In this document: piece by piece, positions 54,692-63,413 of the stretch | Numbering within the stretch: the stretch's first letter is position 1 | How the letters are laid out: each line of letters opens with the position of its first letter | Virus record (IMG/VR): IMGVR_UViG_2974521666_000001 | DNA length: 64,000 nt | From: a virus | Strand: one strand, 5' to 3' | Notes under the pieces: model-generated | The model's input: the letters and a program-made list of their open reading frames with translations, nothing else | Told to the model about the DNA's origin: nothing | Databases searched by the model: none | Made by a program: the position numbers and the translations under genes

Positions 54692-54896
54692 GAAGGGCCA
54701 AAAGACAACGGTAACGTGTGTAGGTGGACCAAAGCACATGCGTACCTTCACATACGGCAAGCCCTATCCAAAGGAGTTGCTGTTCAACGACTTCCAGAAA
54801 GGCATCCAAGAGGTGTACTACCGGAAGCCAGACAGTACAACGTACCTGTACCAGGGAGCCAAGCCCGCGCAGCGAGTGGAGGTTGGAAATGCCTGA
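54684..54896 (+). CDS. hypothetical protein (70 aa)
   Basis: ATG 54684 inside ORF 54639.., with an 8-nt overlap. Confidence 0.5.
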   Translation: MAKKGQKTTVTCVGGPKHMRTFTYGKPYPKELLFNDFQKGIQEVYYRKPDSTTYLYQGAKPAQRVEVGNA

Positions 54897-55143
54897 CATT
54901 CACGGCCGAAAGCTGGTGAGCGAGACCCACTTTCACGGCATCCAAGAGACGCGGTTGGTGATCAGCCTGGAACTGAAGGTGGACAAGGACGTTCTGGAAG
55001 AGCTGCCCAGCTACAAGCGCAAAGCCATTGCGTGGCTACGGGATACCATCGAAGAGGTGAAGACACCGCAGGGTGTGCTGGCAGCAATCGAAGAGGCTGA
55101 CGGTGTTTACGTGGTAGACACCACGATTCAGGCCGCAGGCTGA
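54889..55143 (+). CDS. hypothetical protein (84 aa)
   Basis: ATG 54889 after GGAGG, inside ORF 54724.., with an 8-nt overlap. Confidence 0.5.
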   Translation: MPDIHGRKLVSETHFHGIQETRLVISLELKVDKDVLEELPSYKRKAIAWLRDTIEEVKTPQGVLAAIEEADGVYVVDTTIQAAG

Positions 55144-55159
55144 AAGGGGTAGGAAGACT

Positions 55160-55867
55160 ATGTCATACAGGCAGTCCACGGTTGAGCGTCCGGCCGGATA
55201 CTACGGCCCAATGCGCCGTGATCTGCGAATCCACTACCCTGACAGGCCCAAGGCAAGGCCGTTGGCAGGCGTAAACCTTACTCGGGTACCGATTCTGGCG
55301 TTTGACCCAGGCGGTACCACGGGCTGGAGCTTGCTTGTGTTGCCACGGCAGATCAGGGGCCGTGACGTGTTCAGCTACGATCCAGCGACCATACTACGCA
55401 ACGCCGTTATTTGGGAGCATGGGGAGATGGTCACCACTGGCGACGAGGACGCAGCCAGCTTCCAGCTGTTCAAGATGTGCCAGGCGTGGCCAGGGGCCGC
55501 AATCGTGGTGGAAGACTTCATCTTACGTGTAGAACGAAAGGAGAAGAGCCGAGAGCTGTTGTCCCCGGTGCGCATCACCGCCAAACTTGAGGCGTACCTA
55601 TGGCGTAACACCGACAGGTGCATGTTCAAGCAGGATCCATCACAGGCCAAGCGGGTAACGGACGACCGACTGAAAGCGTTGGGAGCCATTGCAGAAGACG
55701 GCCTGCCGGACCACGCAAGAGACGCTGACCGCCACGCGGTGATGTTCATGCGCCGGTGCATTGGCCCGCAGGGTGTCGGCCTGAAGCGTGTGGCTTGGCC
55801 AGAGCTGTACGGTGTCATTGGGGATGAGCCGGTGGATGAGGAAGAGCTGGAGGATGCCAGCGCATGA
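55160..55867 (+). CDS. RuvC-like Holliday junction resolvase
   Basis: AFDPGGTTGWS, VVEDF and HARDADRH acidic motifs in RuvC order. Confidence 0.7.
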   Translation: MSYRQSTVERPAGYYGPMRRDLRIHYPDRPKARPLAGVNLTRVPILAFDPGGTTGWSLLVLPRQIRGRDVFSYDPATILRNAVIWEHGEMVTTGDEDAASFQLFKMCQAWPGAAIVVEDFILRVERKEKSRELLSPVRITAKLEAYLWRNTDRCMFKQDPSQAKRVTDDRLKALGAIAEDGLPDHARDADRHAVMFMRRCIGPQGVGLKRVAWPELYGVIGDEPVDEEELEDASA

Positions 55868-56007
55868 GCGAAATCGTAAAGGTGGCTGCCGCTACGCTTT
55901 CCGTAGTGGTGATCACAGTGGTGGGCATTATGGCCATTGTGTTCGCGGACAACGTAGGGCAGCAACCAGATTACCTTCGATGTGAAATGAGCAATAGCAG
56001 TGAGTGA
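55864..56007 (+). CDS. small membrane protein (47 aa), not in ORF track
   Basis: ATGA coupling. Hydrophobic core AAATLSVVVITVVGIMAIVFA. Confidence 0.45.
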   Translation: MSEIVKVAAATLSVVVITVVGIMAIVFADNVGQQPDYLRCEMSNSSE

Positions 56008-56284
56008 CATCCAGATTATCATCCCGCTGAGCGTATTGGGCACGGCCTCAAGCCTCACCCCTGAAGAGATCAGTCGCACGCTCAACAATGCCACAGCGTA
56101 CCAGCAGGCAGCCGAGCGCTACCGGGAGCTGGTCAACGTCATGGTCGTCCAGTTCCAAAGTGCCGCTAGGGATTTGCTGCGCATACTGGACGAGGTGGAT
56201 GACCCCTGGCACAAGGTTCAGGCGTTGCGACAGCTGGCAACCGACATGCAAGAGGCAGCCCAAAACACTAGGGAGATACCATGA
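56000..56284 (+). CDS. hypothetical protein (94 aa)
   Basis: GTG start overlapping the upstream end. Confidence 0.5.
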   Translation: MSDIQIIIPLSVLGTASSLTPEEISRTLNNATAYQQAAERYRELVNVMVVQFQSAARDLLRILDEVDDPWHKVQALRQLATDMQEAAQNTREIP

Positions 56285-56484
56285 GTAACCGAATCACTCG
56301 GGACCACAGCTACAAGTTCACGGTGTACGGATATCCGAGCGTTGACGAACTAGTGGCAGAGTTGCAAAGGGCCAAAGAATCAGTGTCTCCCAACGGAGAG
56401 CAGAGCACCGTAGATATCCAAAGCCACAATGCAATAGACCAGCGTGAACGGTCGTACGTTACCATAACCGTTAGGAGAGGCTAG
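56281..56484 (+). CDS. hypothetical protein (67 aa)
   Basis: ATGA coupling. Confidence 0.5.
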   Translation: MSNRITRDHSYKFTVYGYPSVDELVAELQRAKESVSPNGEQSTVDIQSHNAIDQRERSYVTITVRRG

Positions 56485-57131
56485 TGACCGAAAACCTTAC
56501 CAGCACACTGGAAGAGCGCGTGGCCAAGCTTGAGGTCCAGACCGTCAAGCTCAAGCAGTTTGCTCTAATGTTGCTACGGTACAGGGGAGTGCCGGCTGAA
56601 CACCTTACGCAGGCATGGCGAGAGGCGTTGTATGACAGCTCAGCCCCGGTGCCGGAGAAAGAGCTGGGCCTGATGGGCGACATGACCATCATCGAAGGCG
56701 AAAGTGCCCCATCGGGATTCCACAACCTGTTGGAAGCTACGGCCCAGTTCCATAAGCTTGCAGAGGTTCCCATCGATCAGTGGATTGGCACCGAAAGCGG
56801 CGAGGGCATGATCAGCTACGCCGAGCTGCAGCAGTTGCGTAGTCTGCGTAAGGATTTGCTCCGAGAAGAGGTCAAGGAATACTTCGACGCAGAGGACGGC
56901 AATGACCTAATCGAGATTGTGGACGGCCTGCTGGACATCATCGTGATCGCCTGGGGCACATTGCTTTCCTACGTTGGAGAGGACCGGGCACGGTTGGCGG
57001 CTCACGAGGTGGCACGCTCAAACCTGTCCAAAGTTGATGGGTCCCTAGGGCCTATCGTTCGCCGCACGGACGGCAAGATCCTCAAGCCGGAAGGCTGGAC
57101 CGGGCCGGACATCTTGGGGGCACTGCAGTGA
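56484..57131 (+). CDS. mazG: MazG-like nucleotide pyrophosphohydrolase
   Basis: LREEVKEYFDAEDGNDLIEIVDGLLDIIVIAWG is an EExxE..D metal-binding helix pair. Confidence 0.65.
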   Translation: MTENLTSTLEERVAKLEVQTVKLKQFALMLLRYRGVPAEHLTQAWREALYDSSAPVPEKELGLMGDMTIIEGESAPSGFHNLLEATAQFHKLAEVPIDQWIGTESGEGMISYAELQQLRSLRKDLLREEVKEYFDAEDGNDLIEIVDGLLDIIVIAWGTLLSYVGEDRARLAAHEVARSNLSKVDGSLGPIVRRTDGKILKPEGWTGPDILGALQ

Positions 57132-57535
57132 CACCCCAGGAGAAAATAGTTGAGGCACAACAGCTTTTACGCGAAGCTGCAGCACTTAAAGCTGGCGAAC
57201 CTGTATTGGCCGCAGTGCAACGATACAACGGTGCTCTCGAAGAATACCGTGCCAAGTACGGGAAGACAAAACGAAAGCACTATACCCTCTATCGGTTCCG
57301 TGACGACGAGGACAACCTACTGTACGTTGGTATGACGCGCACCTTCATTAACCGCATGAAAAACCATGCGATGGATAAAGATTGGTGGGAGGACGTATCG
57401 TACATCACTGTGGAGCACTATCCTGACGCTGAATCACTTAGGCAGGCAGAGCTTCACGCGATTGCAACAGAGAATCCGCTACACAACCAAGCAGATCTAC
57501 CAATGCCAGCGAAACCCCTTGTCTCGCATCAGTAG
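57128..57535 (+). CDS. GIY-YIG-like nuclease domain protein
   Basis: YTLYRF-x9-LYVGMT..INRMKNH..E pattern. GTGA coupling. Confidence 0.55.
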   Translation: MTPQEKIVEAQQLLREAAALKAGEPVLAAVQRYNGALEEYRAKYGKTKRKHYTLYRFRDDEDNLLYVGMTRTFINRMKNHAMDKDWWEDVSYITVEHYPDAESLRQAELHAIATENPLHNQADLPMPAKPLVSHQ

Positions 57536-57573
57536 TGGCTACCGGGCGGCGCGACCACTAGATCCAGTGGTTG

Positions 57574-57605
57574 CGTCGTCCCAGGTCACGGGGTAGGCTG
57601 ACCTG
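57574..57605. promoter_or_regulatory. hairpin built from CCCAGGTCA / TGACCTG sites upstream of primase gene
   Basis: CAGGTCA (57582-57588) pairs with TGACCTG (57599-57605). The same site family recurs at 60.5-60.8 kb. Confidence 0.45.
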
Positions 57606-57718
57606 TTCACTGCCCTAACCTCTAACGATATGAGACGCCCTGAGCGTCAACCTCACGGCCGAAAACACAGTCACCTAGCGGATCTAGCGCGACGGCGCGC
57701 GAAAGAGGATGGACAAAC

Positions 57719-60466
57719 TTGAACGCACCCAAGAACATCGGAGCGGCAGCACCATTCGCGAAAGCGGCCTTGGAGTACACCTTGAAGGGGTGGAACGTTC
57801 TGCCGTTGCCTCCCAACAAGAAGAAATCACCACCCAGCAAAGAGGACGACGAACAGGGTCTAGGGTTTACGGGGCGCAACGGCCGACTTGCCACACGCGA
57901 TGACATAGATGCCTGGATACAGGACAAGCGGTGGCGCAAGGGCAACATTGCGGTACGGCCCGGCAACGAGGTCACCAACGACGGTGAGGCCTACGAGGTC
58001 ATAGGGATTGACGTTGACGACTACGACGGGAAGAGCGGCGCGGCTCACCTGGAAGAGCTGATCAAAACCTATGGGCCACTACCAAATACGTGGACAAGCT
58101 CGGCGCGCTCGGACGGCAAGAGCGGCATCCGCTGGTTCCTGACTCCAGTTGGCTACGAGTACATGGGCAAGCCGGTGCTGCCATCCACAGGCCGCGCCAG
58201 CGATAGTATCGAAATCGTACAGAGAGTGCACCGTTACGGCCTGGTGTTCCCCTCGATGCACCCCGACGGCATGCAATACCGTTGGTACGATAGGGGACAG
58301 GCCCCTGACGGCATCCACGTCAACGACCGTATCCCTAGGGTGCAAGAGCTGGCTGTACTGCCGGAGCGCTGGTGGAAGTTCTTGACTCGCAACGGCGTTG
58401 CCAACGCAGGTGGCGCTGTGATCGACATGCAGAGCACCAATGCACAGCTACGCAACTGGCAGAAGAAGCGCTGGGTCGACGGTGAAGACATGTGCGACAT
58501 CATGACCAACGCCCTCAACCGGCACCTGGAAGACGTGGACAGTGCCAGCGACCACCACGAGCCGCTTATCCGTGCGCACTGGAGCCTGTTGCGCCTAGGG
58601 GCGGAAGGACACACAGGCTGGGCCACAGCCTGCCACGTTCTCGAGCAGAGCTGGGCGGATCGTGTAGCGGCAGATCAAGTTCGGAGTGTTGCTGAAACCA
58701 AGTACGAGATTGCCCGGTCCCGCTACGGCACGCTGCGAAAGATCAAGGGCGAGTACGTTCAGTTCAAGCGCAAAGGCCTAGAGTACCTAGAGACTCTGGA
58801 TCCCTGTGAGTGCCGTCGCAACTGGGAGCCTCCCAAGCAACGCAAACCTCCTAAGAGGCCTACGCAATACGAGCGCAACGAGGACGGCAATGCACAGCAC
58901 TTCCTGCATCTTAACCGTGGCAACGTGCGGTTTGTCCCCAACTATCCTGAGTCCCAAGGCGGTAGGTGGATGCTGTTCAGAGACGGCCGTTGGGTGGTGG
59001 ACAACAAGGAAACCCTAGTGCGCCATATGTTCCGACGCGTCAAAACCAGGCAGCAACGGGATGCTCAGCGCCGGTTACAGCTGGCTGCTGCTGCTGTGGC
59101 TGCCGCCGGTGGTACAGCTGCCGCTACGCCTGCGCAGAAGGCAGAGCTGGCAGAGGCCAGAGCGTGGGTGGCGTTCGCGCTTGAGAGCGGCAACAAGGCC
59201 CGTGTGAGCAACAGCTTGGCTCAGGCCCAAAGCTTTCCGGACATTGCACTGTTGTACGAAGAGCTGGACAACAACCCAATGTTGCTTCCAGTGGCCAACG
59301 GGGTGATCAGGTTCCACACCAGGGAAGAGGTGCTGGCTGGAGCCAAACCCTTTGAGTGGGTACAAGATCCAGACGTGATCAAGCACGAGCTGGTCACGCA
59401 GAACACGCATGTGCCGTACATTCCGTTGCGAGAGCAGAAAGACCACCCCGACGCTGAGGTTCGCGAAGGCTACAAACGGTTCTGGGAGTACATGAACAAG
59501 TTCCTGCGCAGCCAGCTTGGTAAAGAGGCGTGGGAGTACACCCTTAAGCTACTAGGGGTTTCGATCCTCGGCGTGAACACCAAAAAGGCTGTGTTCCTAG
59601 TGGGTTTGCCACACACCGGCAAGAGCACCCTGCAGAACATGATGGACCACGCCCTAGGGGACCTATCGATTTGGCGCGAACCAGCCGTATTCGAGGACAC
59701 AACGTTCAAGTCCGCGCTGGCAGAGGCCCTGTCTCGCAGGGTCATGATGGTGGGAGAACTGGGCCAAAAGCATATAGACGCAGGCCTATTCAAGCGCATC
59801 ACAGGTGGAGACGAGGTGTCGTGCCAGCTCAAGAACATCAACAAGCCGGTGACGCTGAAGCCTAGGTGTACCATCATCTCTGGCTGCAACCAGGCCCCAG
59901 AGGTGCCAGACGTGGACGAAGCGACAAAGGAACGCTTTGTGGTCGTACCCTTTAGGCACCAGGTCACCGACGAGGAGCGCGACCCCAACGCCATTGACGA
60001 TCTGCCTGTGCAGTGCCGGTTTGCCATGCTAGCAACGTTGGTAGAGTTCGCCTCTCGTGGTTTGGTGGAGGGCGTTCACATCGTGCCCGATGAGCTGCAG
60101 TTTGAGACTAAGGAATTCGTGTCCAGTCTGAGCGAGCTGTCGGACTTCCTGAAGGAGACAGTGGTCCCGTCGCCACCTAGTGCCTGGAAGAAGTACGCAC
60201 GCAATGACCGTCTGGACGTGGAGAACCCCAAGCCACGGTGGCCCGACGAGCTGTGCCTTGGAGATCGAGACTTGTACAAACAGTACGAAAGATGGTGCAC
60301 ATCCAACGGCATCGCGCCAAGCGAGAAGCTTAGCAAGACTAAGTTCACACGCAAGCTGAAGGACAGTGGTTGGGTGCAGGACGGCAGCTGGACAGCGAAC
60401 AACCAACGGCGATGGCTTGGTTGGAGTTTCGCACCAACCGTTGCAAGGGTGAAGCGGGCCGACTGA
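57719..60466 (+). CDS. bifunctional primase-polymerase / SF3 (D5-like) helicase
   Basis: TTG 6 nt after AAGAGGATGG. Prim-pol motifs GWNVLPLPP and IGIDVDDYD. Walker A GLPHTGKST and Walker B MMVGE. Confidence 0.8.
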   Translation: MNAPKNIGAAAPFAKAALEYTLKGWNVLPLPPNKKKSPPSKEDDEQGLGFTGRNGRLATRDDIDAWIQDKRWRKGNIAVRPGNEVTNDGEAYEVIGIDVDDYDGKSGAAHLEELIKTYGPLPNTWTSSARSDGKSGIRWFLTPVGYEYMGKPVLPSTGRASDSIEIVQRVHRYGLVFPSMHPDGMQYRWYDRGQAPDGIHVNDRIPRVQELAVLPERWWKFLTRNGVANAGGAVIDMQSTNAQLRNWQKKRWVDGEDMCDIMTNALNRHLEDVDSASDHHEPLIRAHWSLLRLGAEGHTGWATACHVLEQSWADRVAADQVRSVAETKYEIARSRYGTLRKIKGEYVQFKRKGLEYLETLDPCECRRNWEPPKQRKPPKRPTQYERNEDGNAQHFLHLNRGNVRFVPNYPESQGGRWMLFRDGRWVVDNKETLVRHMFRRVKTRQQRDAQRRLQLAAAAVAAAGGTAAATPAQKAELAEARAWVAFALESGNKARVSNSLAQAQSFPDIALLYEELDNNPMLLPVANGVIRFHTREEVLAGAKPFEWVQDPDVIKHELVTQNTHVPYIPLREQKDHPDAEVREGYKRFWEYMNKFLRSQLGKEAWEYTLKLLGVSILGVNTKKAVFLVGLPHTGKSTLQNMMDHALGDLSIWREPAVFEDTTFKSALAEALSRRVMMVGELGQKHIDAGLFKRITGGDEVSCQLKNINKPVTLKPRCTIISGCNQAPEVPDVDEATKERFVVVPFRHQVTDEERDPNAIDDLPVQCRFAMLATLVEFASRGLVEGVHIVPDELQFETKEFVSSLSELSDFLKETVVPSPPSAWKKYARNDRLDVENPKPRWPDELCLGDRDLYKQYERWCTSNGIAPSEKLSKTKFTRKLKDSGWVQDGSWTANNQRRWLGWSFAPTVARVKRAD

Positions 60467-60494
60467 AGAGAAGGGTTTCCTCAGGTTGATCAAC

Positions 60495-60830
60495 AGGCTG
60501 ACCTGGGGAAATGGAAGTGATGATGAAAGGTGATGAGTTGCTGCGGGAGACATCGTCCCAGGTCAGGGCGTTTTTCAAGTTTGCTAATCATCAGTCCTCA
60601 CTTTAAATAGAATGATGTAGAGAGGGAAGAAAATACGCAATGTGCTCTAAAGTAATGCACACACATGCATTTCTTTCCGCGCACACATTTTCATGTAGAC
60701 GCTGTGAAGTCAGCTGAAACTGAGGACTGATGATACGGCCCATTTGCACTGGTCAGGGCGTTGCGGCCATCCTCACTTTTCGCGGGCGAGCCCCTGACCT
60801 GGGCAAATAGACAAATCAAACTGAGGATAG
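60495..60830. promoter_or_regulatory. repeat-rich intergenic hub with AT-rich core (candidate origin/operator region)
   Basis: 12-bp site CCCAGGTCAGGG at 60557-60568 (+) and 60792-60803 (-), with partial copies at 60498-60507 (-) and 60751-60758 (+). Inverted 16-mers at 60587-60602 and 60719-60734 flank an AT-rich ~115 bp. Confidence 0.5.
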
Positions 60831-60901
60831 GCTTTAGACAAATGACGAACGACATTGCAACTCTAAAGGTTACAGCCGGCGACTAAAGAGAGGGATCGAA
60901 A

Positions 60902-61633
60902 ATGGATGCGCAGGTAAAGAATAACGCTGTTGACGCCGTAAGTCATGCAGCTGACACGAGTTTTGAAGGAGATCCTCTACATCAGAAGATCTCTAATCCA
61001 GCCGACCGTATTACAGAGGGAGACATCGTGAATGGTCCAGTAGAGCTCAGTGTGGATGACCCTGCATTCCAACAGGTGCTCCGTAGCATCTCGGAATACG
61101 GTTCCCCGTTGCCGCTGTGGGACGACTCAAAAAGCTACGGCCGCAATGTGATTCGTATCGCTCAGCAGCAGTGTGACCAGTGCTGCAAGGGAAACTGCCC
61201 CGGCCACGTTGCAGAGATGACCATGCCGGAAAGGTACGGGGCCAAGTCTTACGACGCTGTGAGTCCGCCGCACTACCAGCGCGGGCCTAGGGTGTTTCTG
61301 AGTGACCATGAGACTGCTGAGTTCTACGACATCCAGTGCATCGATGTGTTCCGGCAAATGCAGGACCCTAGGCTCGCTACAGCTTTCAAGTACATCTGGC
61401 GCGTGGCTTTCGGTGGTAAGGCAGAGCCGTGGGACAGTAGGACACAGGTGGAACGAGATGCTAGGGACATCAAGTCAGCCATCTGGTACCTGGAAGACTA
61501 TGTGGCGAATCCCGTTGAGCCTCTAGCGGATTTGCGCGCGGCGGCGTATGATGCTCTTAAGGCCCGACTGCAGGCAGCAGAGGCCAAGCTGGCAGACAAG
61601 CAGGCGGAAGGCAAAGGGACACAGCAGGACTGA
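60902..61633 (+). CDS. DUF3310-like domain protein
   Basis: SPPHYQ.., IQCIDV, FKYIWRVAFGGK and DIKSAIWYLEDY resemble the DUF3310 signature by eye. Confidence 0.5.
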   Translation: MDAQVKNNAVDAVSHAADTSFEGDPLHQKISNPADRITEGDIVNGPVELSVDDPAFQQVLRSISEYGSPLPLWDDSKSYGRNVIRIAQQQCDQCCKGNCPGHVAEMTMPERYGAKSYDAVSPPHYQRGPRVFLSDHETAEFYDIQCIDVFRQMQDPRLATAFKYIWRVAFGGKAEPWDSRTQVERDARDIKSAIWYLEDYVANPVEPLADLRAAAYDALKARLQAAEAKLADKQAEGKGTQQD

Positions 61634-62301
61634 TGAAGACCATACTGGACCTGTGTGCGGGCACAGGCGCGTGGAGTGAGCCGTATCGGATCAAGGGCTA
61701 CAACGTGATCCGGATCACGTTGCCTGACTACGACGTAACCAAGGTCAACATCAGCGACAGGGAGGTAGTGTTCCTGTCCCAGAACCCTAGTGTCTCAGAC
61801 GCAGTCGTCAAGCTCGTGCGTATCCACGGCATCCTCGCTGCCCCTCCCTGCACACAGTTCAGCTTGGCCAACACTAGGCAGACATACGCACTGCGACCCA
61901 ACTTTGCGGAAGGCCTAGTGCCAGTACGCGCTTGTGAAGACATCATTCGGGCCGCAATGTGCAAGGGTTACACCAAGTTCTGGGCACTGGAGAATCCGTT
62001 CGGCCATCTGCGCAAGTTCCTTGGCCACCCGCGCTATACCTTTGAGGCGTGGTGGTTTGACCTAGAGGCTATGTGGTCCAAGAAGACTGACCTGTGGGGC
62101 TACTTCAACAATCCCGTACGGACAGTAGAAGAACGGCCGGCTAGACACACGAACCAGCAGCGAGACCAGTACCGGCACACTGACGGCTGGTACAGGCCAC
62201 AGTGTCCACCGGAGTACGCACACCTGGGCTTAGACAGAGCAGGCATTAGGGCCATCACGCCCAAGGGCTTTGCGCAAGCGTTCTATAGGGCGAACAAATG
62301 A
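61633..62301 (+). CDS. compact DNA (cytosine-5) methyltransferase-like protein
   Basis: DLCAGTGAWS (motif I), PPCTQFS (motif IV, catalytic Cys) and ALENP (motif VI). At 222 aa there is little room for a target-recognition domain. Confidence 0.6.
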   Translation: MKTILDLCAGTGAWSEPYRIKGYNVIRITLPDYDVTKVNISDREVVFLSQNPSVSDAVVKLVRIHGILAAPPCTQFSLANTRQTYALRPNFAEGLVPVRACEDIIRAAMCKGYTKFWALENPFGHLRKFLGHPRYTFEAWWFDLEAMWSKKTDLWGYFNNPVRTVEERPARHTNQQRDQYRHTDGWYRPQCPPEYAHLGLDRAGIRAITPKGFAQAFYRANK

Positions 62302-62334
62302 CTGCCCCTAAGGCATTGAGGGAGAATGGTTAAG

Positions 62335-62454
62335 GTGCTCAAGGACATTCGTTTTGTGCTGGCTTGCATGGTCTTTGAGGCCGTGGACTGGCTGCACAGT
62401 GCGCTGGAGGCCAAGATCGACAGTTGGTGTGAGGAGGACACATGGACCCGATGA
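62335..62454 (+). CDS. hypothetical small protein (39 aa), not in ORF track
   Basis: GTG start. Its stop is coupled (ATGA) to the next small ORF. Confidence 0.3.
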   Translation: MLKDIRFVLACMVFEAVDWLHSALEAKIDSWCEEDTWTR

Positions 62455-62591
62455 AAAGCGTTGCGTCACAGATTGATTTGCTGCGTTGCGCCAAATGTGG
62501 TGATATCCACTTGGACAACAACGCCTGTGCAATGAACATGGCCGCACGGCAGCAGCAGGCCCAAGAGGAAGGAAACTCTAGTGCCACTTAA
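62451..62591 (+). CDS. hypothetical small protein (46 aa), not in ORF track
   Basis: ATGA coupling. Contains CAKC..C. Confidence 0.3.
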   Translation: MKSVASQIDLLRCAKCGDIHLDNNACAMNMAARQQQAQEEGNSSAT

Positions 62592-62943
62592 TCCCAACGA
62601 CTTGCCCGACGGCAACAGCGAATACAGCTGGGGGCCAGGAATGTTCCCGCCCGGTATCGCCAACGGTGAAGGCCAGCGTAGGCCACAGGACGACTTTGGT
62701 GCCAACATGGTGCCACCGCGACTGAGAGACAAGGCAGGAGACGCCAGTGACAATTACGCTCGAGCCGTGGCAGACAGGCGTACTGATCCTACTGATCCTG
62801 ATAGCAACAGGGACTTTGACACACTTGGGAATCCGGATAGGTACGGCGCTGCGCCGCCGTTGGTCAGCCCAGATGCACCAACGGAACGCAATGTCTCCTA
62901 TCGCCAAGACCCGCCACCCAAGAAGCTTGTCCGCAAGTGGTGA
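62581..62943 (+). CDS. Pro/Asp/Gly-rich hypothetical protein (120 aa)
   Basis: GTG ORF. Competes with the overlapping ORF 62747..63097. Confidence 0.4.
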   Translation: MPLNPNDLPDGNSEYSWGPGMFPPGIANGEGQRRPQDDFGANMVPPRLRDKAGDASDNYARAVADRRTDPTDPDSNRDFDTLGNPDRYGAAPPLVSPDAPTERNVSYRQDPPPKKLVRKW

Positions 62944-62959
62944 AGGCCGCTTTGCAAAC

Positions 62960-63097
62960 GTGCACCTGGGCACCGACGAGTACTCAAGTGTCAGTACGGG
63001 TTTGACTCCCACGGGTGTACCGTTTGAGCCTAGCCTGTACGACCAACCGCAGGGGCGCGCGAAGAGGAAGGGGATGTTCAGCCGGCAAAACTACTGA
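62960..63097 (+). CDS. hypothetical small protein (45 aa; alternative is full ORF 62747..63097)
   Basis: First in-frame start after the stop of 62581..62943. Assignment is ambiguous. Confidence 0.25.
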   Translation: MHLGTDEYSSVSTGLTPTGVPFEPSLYDQPQGRAKRKGMFSRQNY

Positions 63098-63149
63098 CCT
63101 AGTCAGGGTAGGGGATACCTGACATACGCGAACCGAGAGAAACCCTAGG

Positions 63150-63413
63150 GTGAGTATGTCACTGGGAAAGACAGATCCACGACTGTGGATGCTGGTGAGT
63201 TTGGGAGCATGGACGGCCCTGTTCTTCTTTAGGCTTGCTACATTTTCCGATGTAACCAACGCCTGGGGATACGGGGTCACGGTGGCTGGAAGTGCGCTGT
63301 GTAGCATCGCTTTCGGCTACAACCTGTGCCGGGTGGCCCAATGTCTGCGCAAGAGACGGCAGCTTAGGCAGCTGGCTAACAAACTACAGGAACGGGAAGA
63401 GTTCGTGGCATGA
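63150..63413 (+). CDS. membrane protein (87 aa)
   Basis: GTG 63150 or ATG 63156. Two hydrophobic segments. Confidence 0.5.
   Translation: MSMSLGKTDPRLWMLVSLGAWTALFFFRLATFSDVTNAWGYGVTVAGSALCSIAFGYNLCRVAQCLRKRRQLRQLANKLQEREEFVA

Noticed and set aside
60581-60609. Sigma-A-type promoter guess (TTGCTA-17 nt-TAAATA), and a similar guess at 38473-38499 (GTGCCA-17-TATGAT).
   Set aside because: The matches to consensus are weak, notably the missing final T of the -10 hexamer in the first. I cannot support promoter calls without 5' end data.
62747-62959. N-terminal part of ORF 62747..63097, which overlaps 62581..62943 by 197 nt.
   Set aside because: Such a long out-of-frame overlap is unusual here. 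It is left unresolved, since either frame could be real, and only the non-overlapping tail is listed at low confidence.
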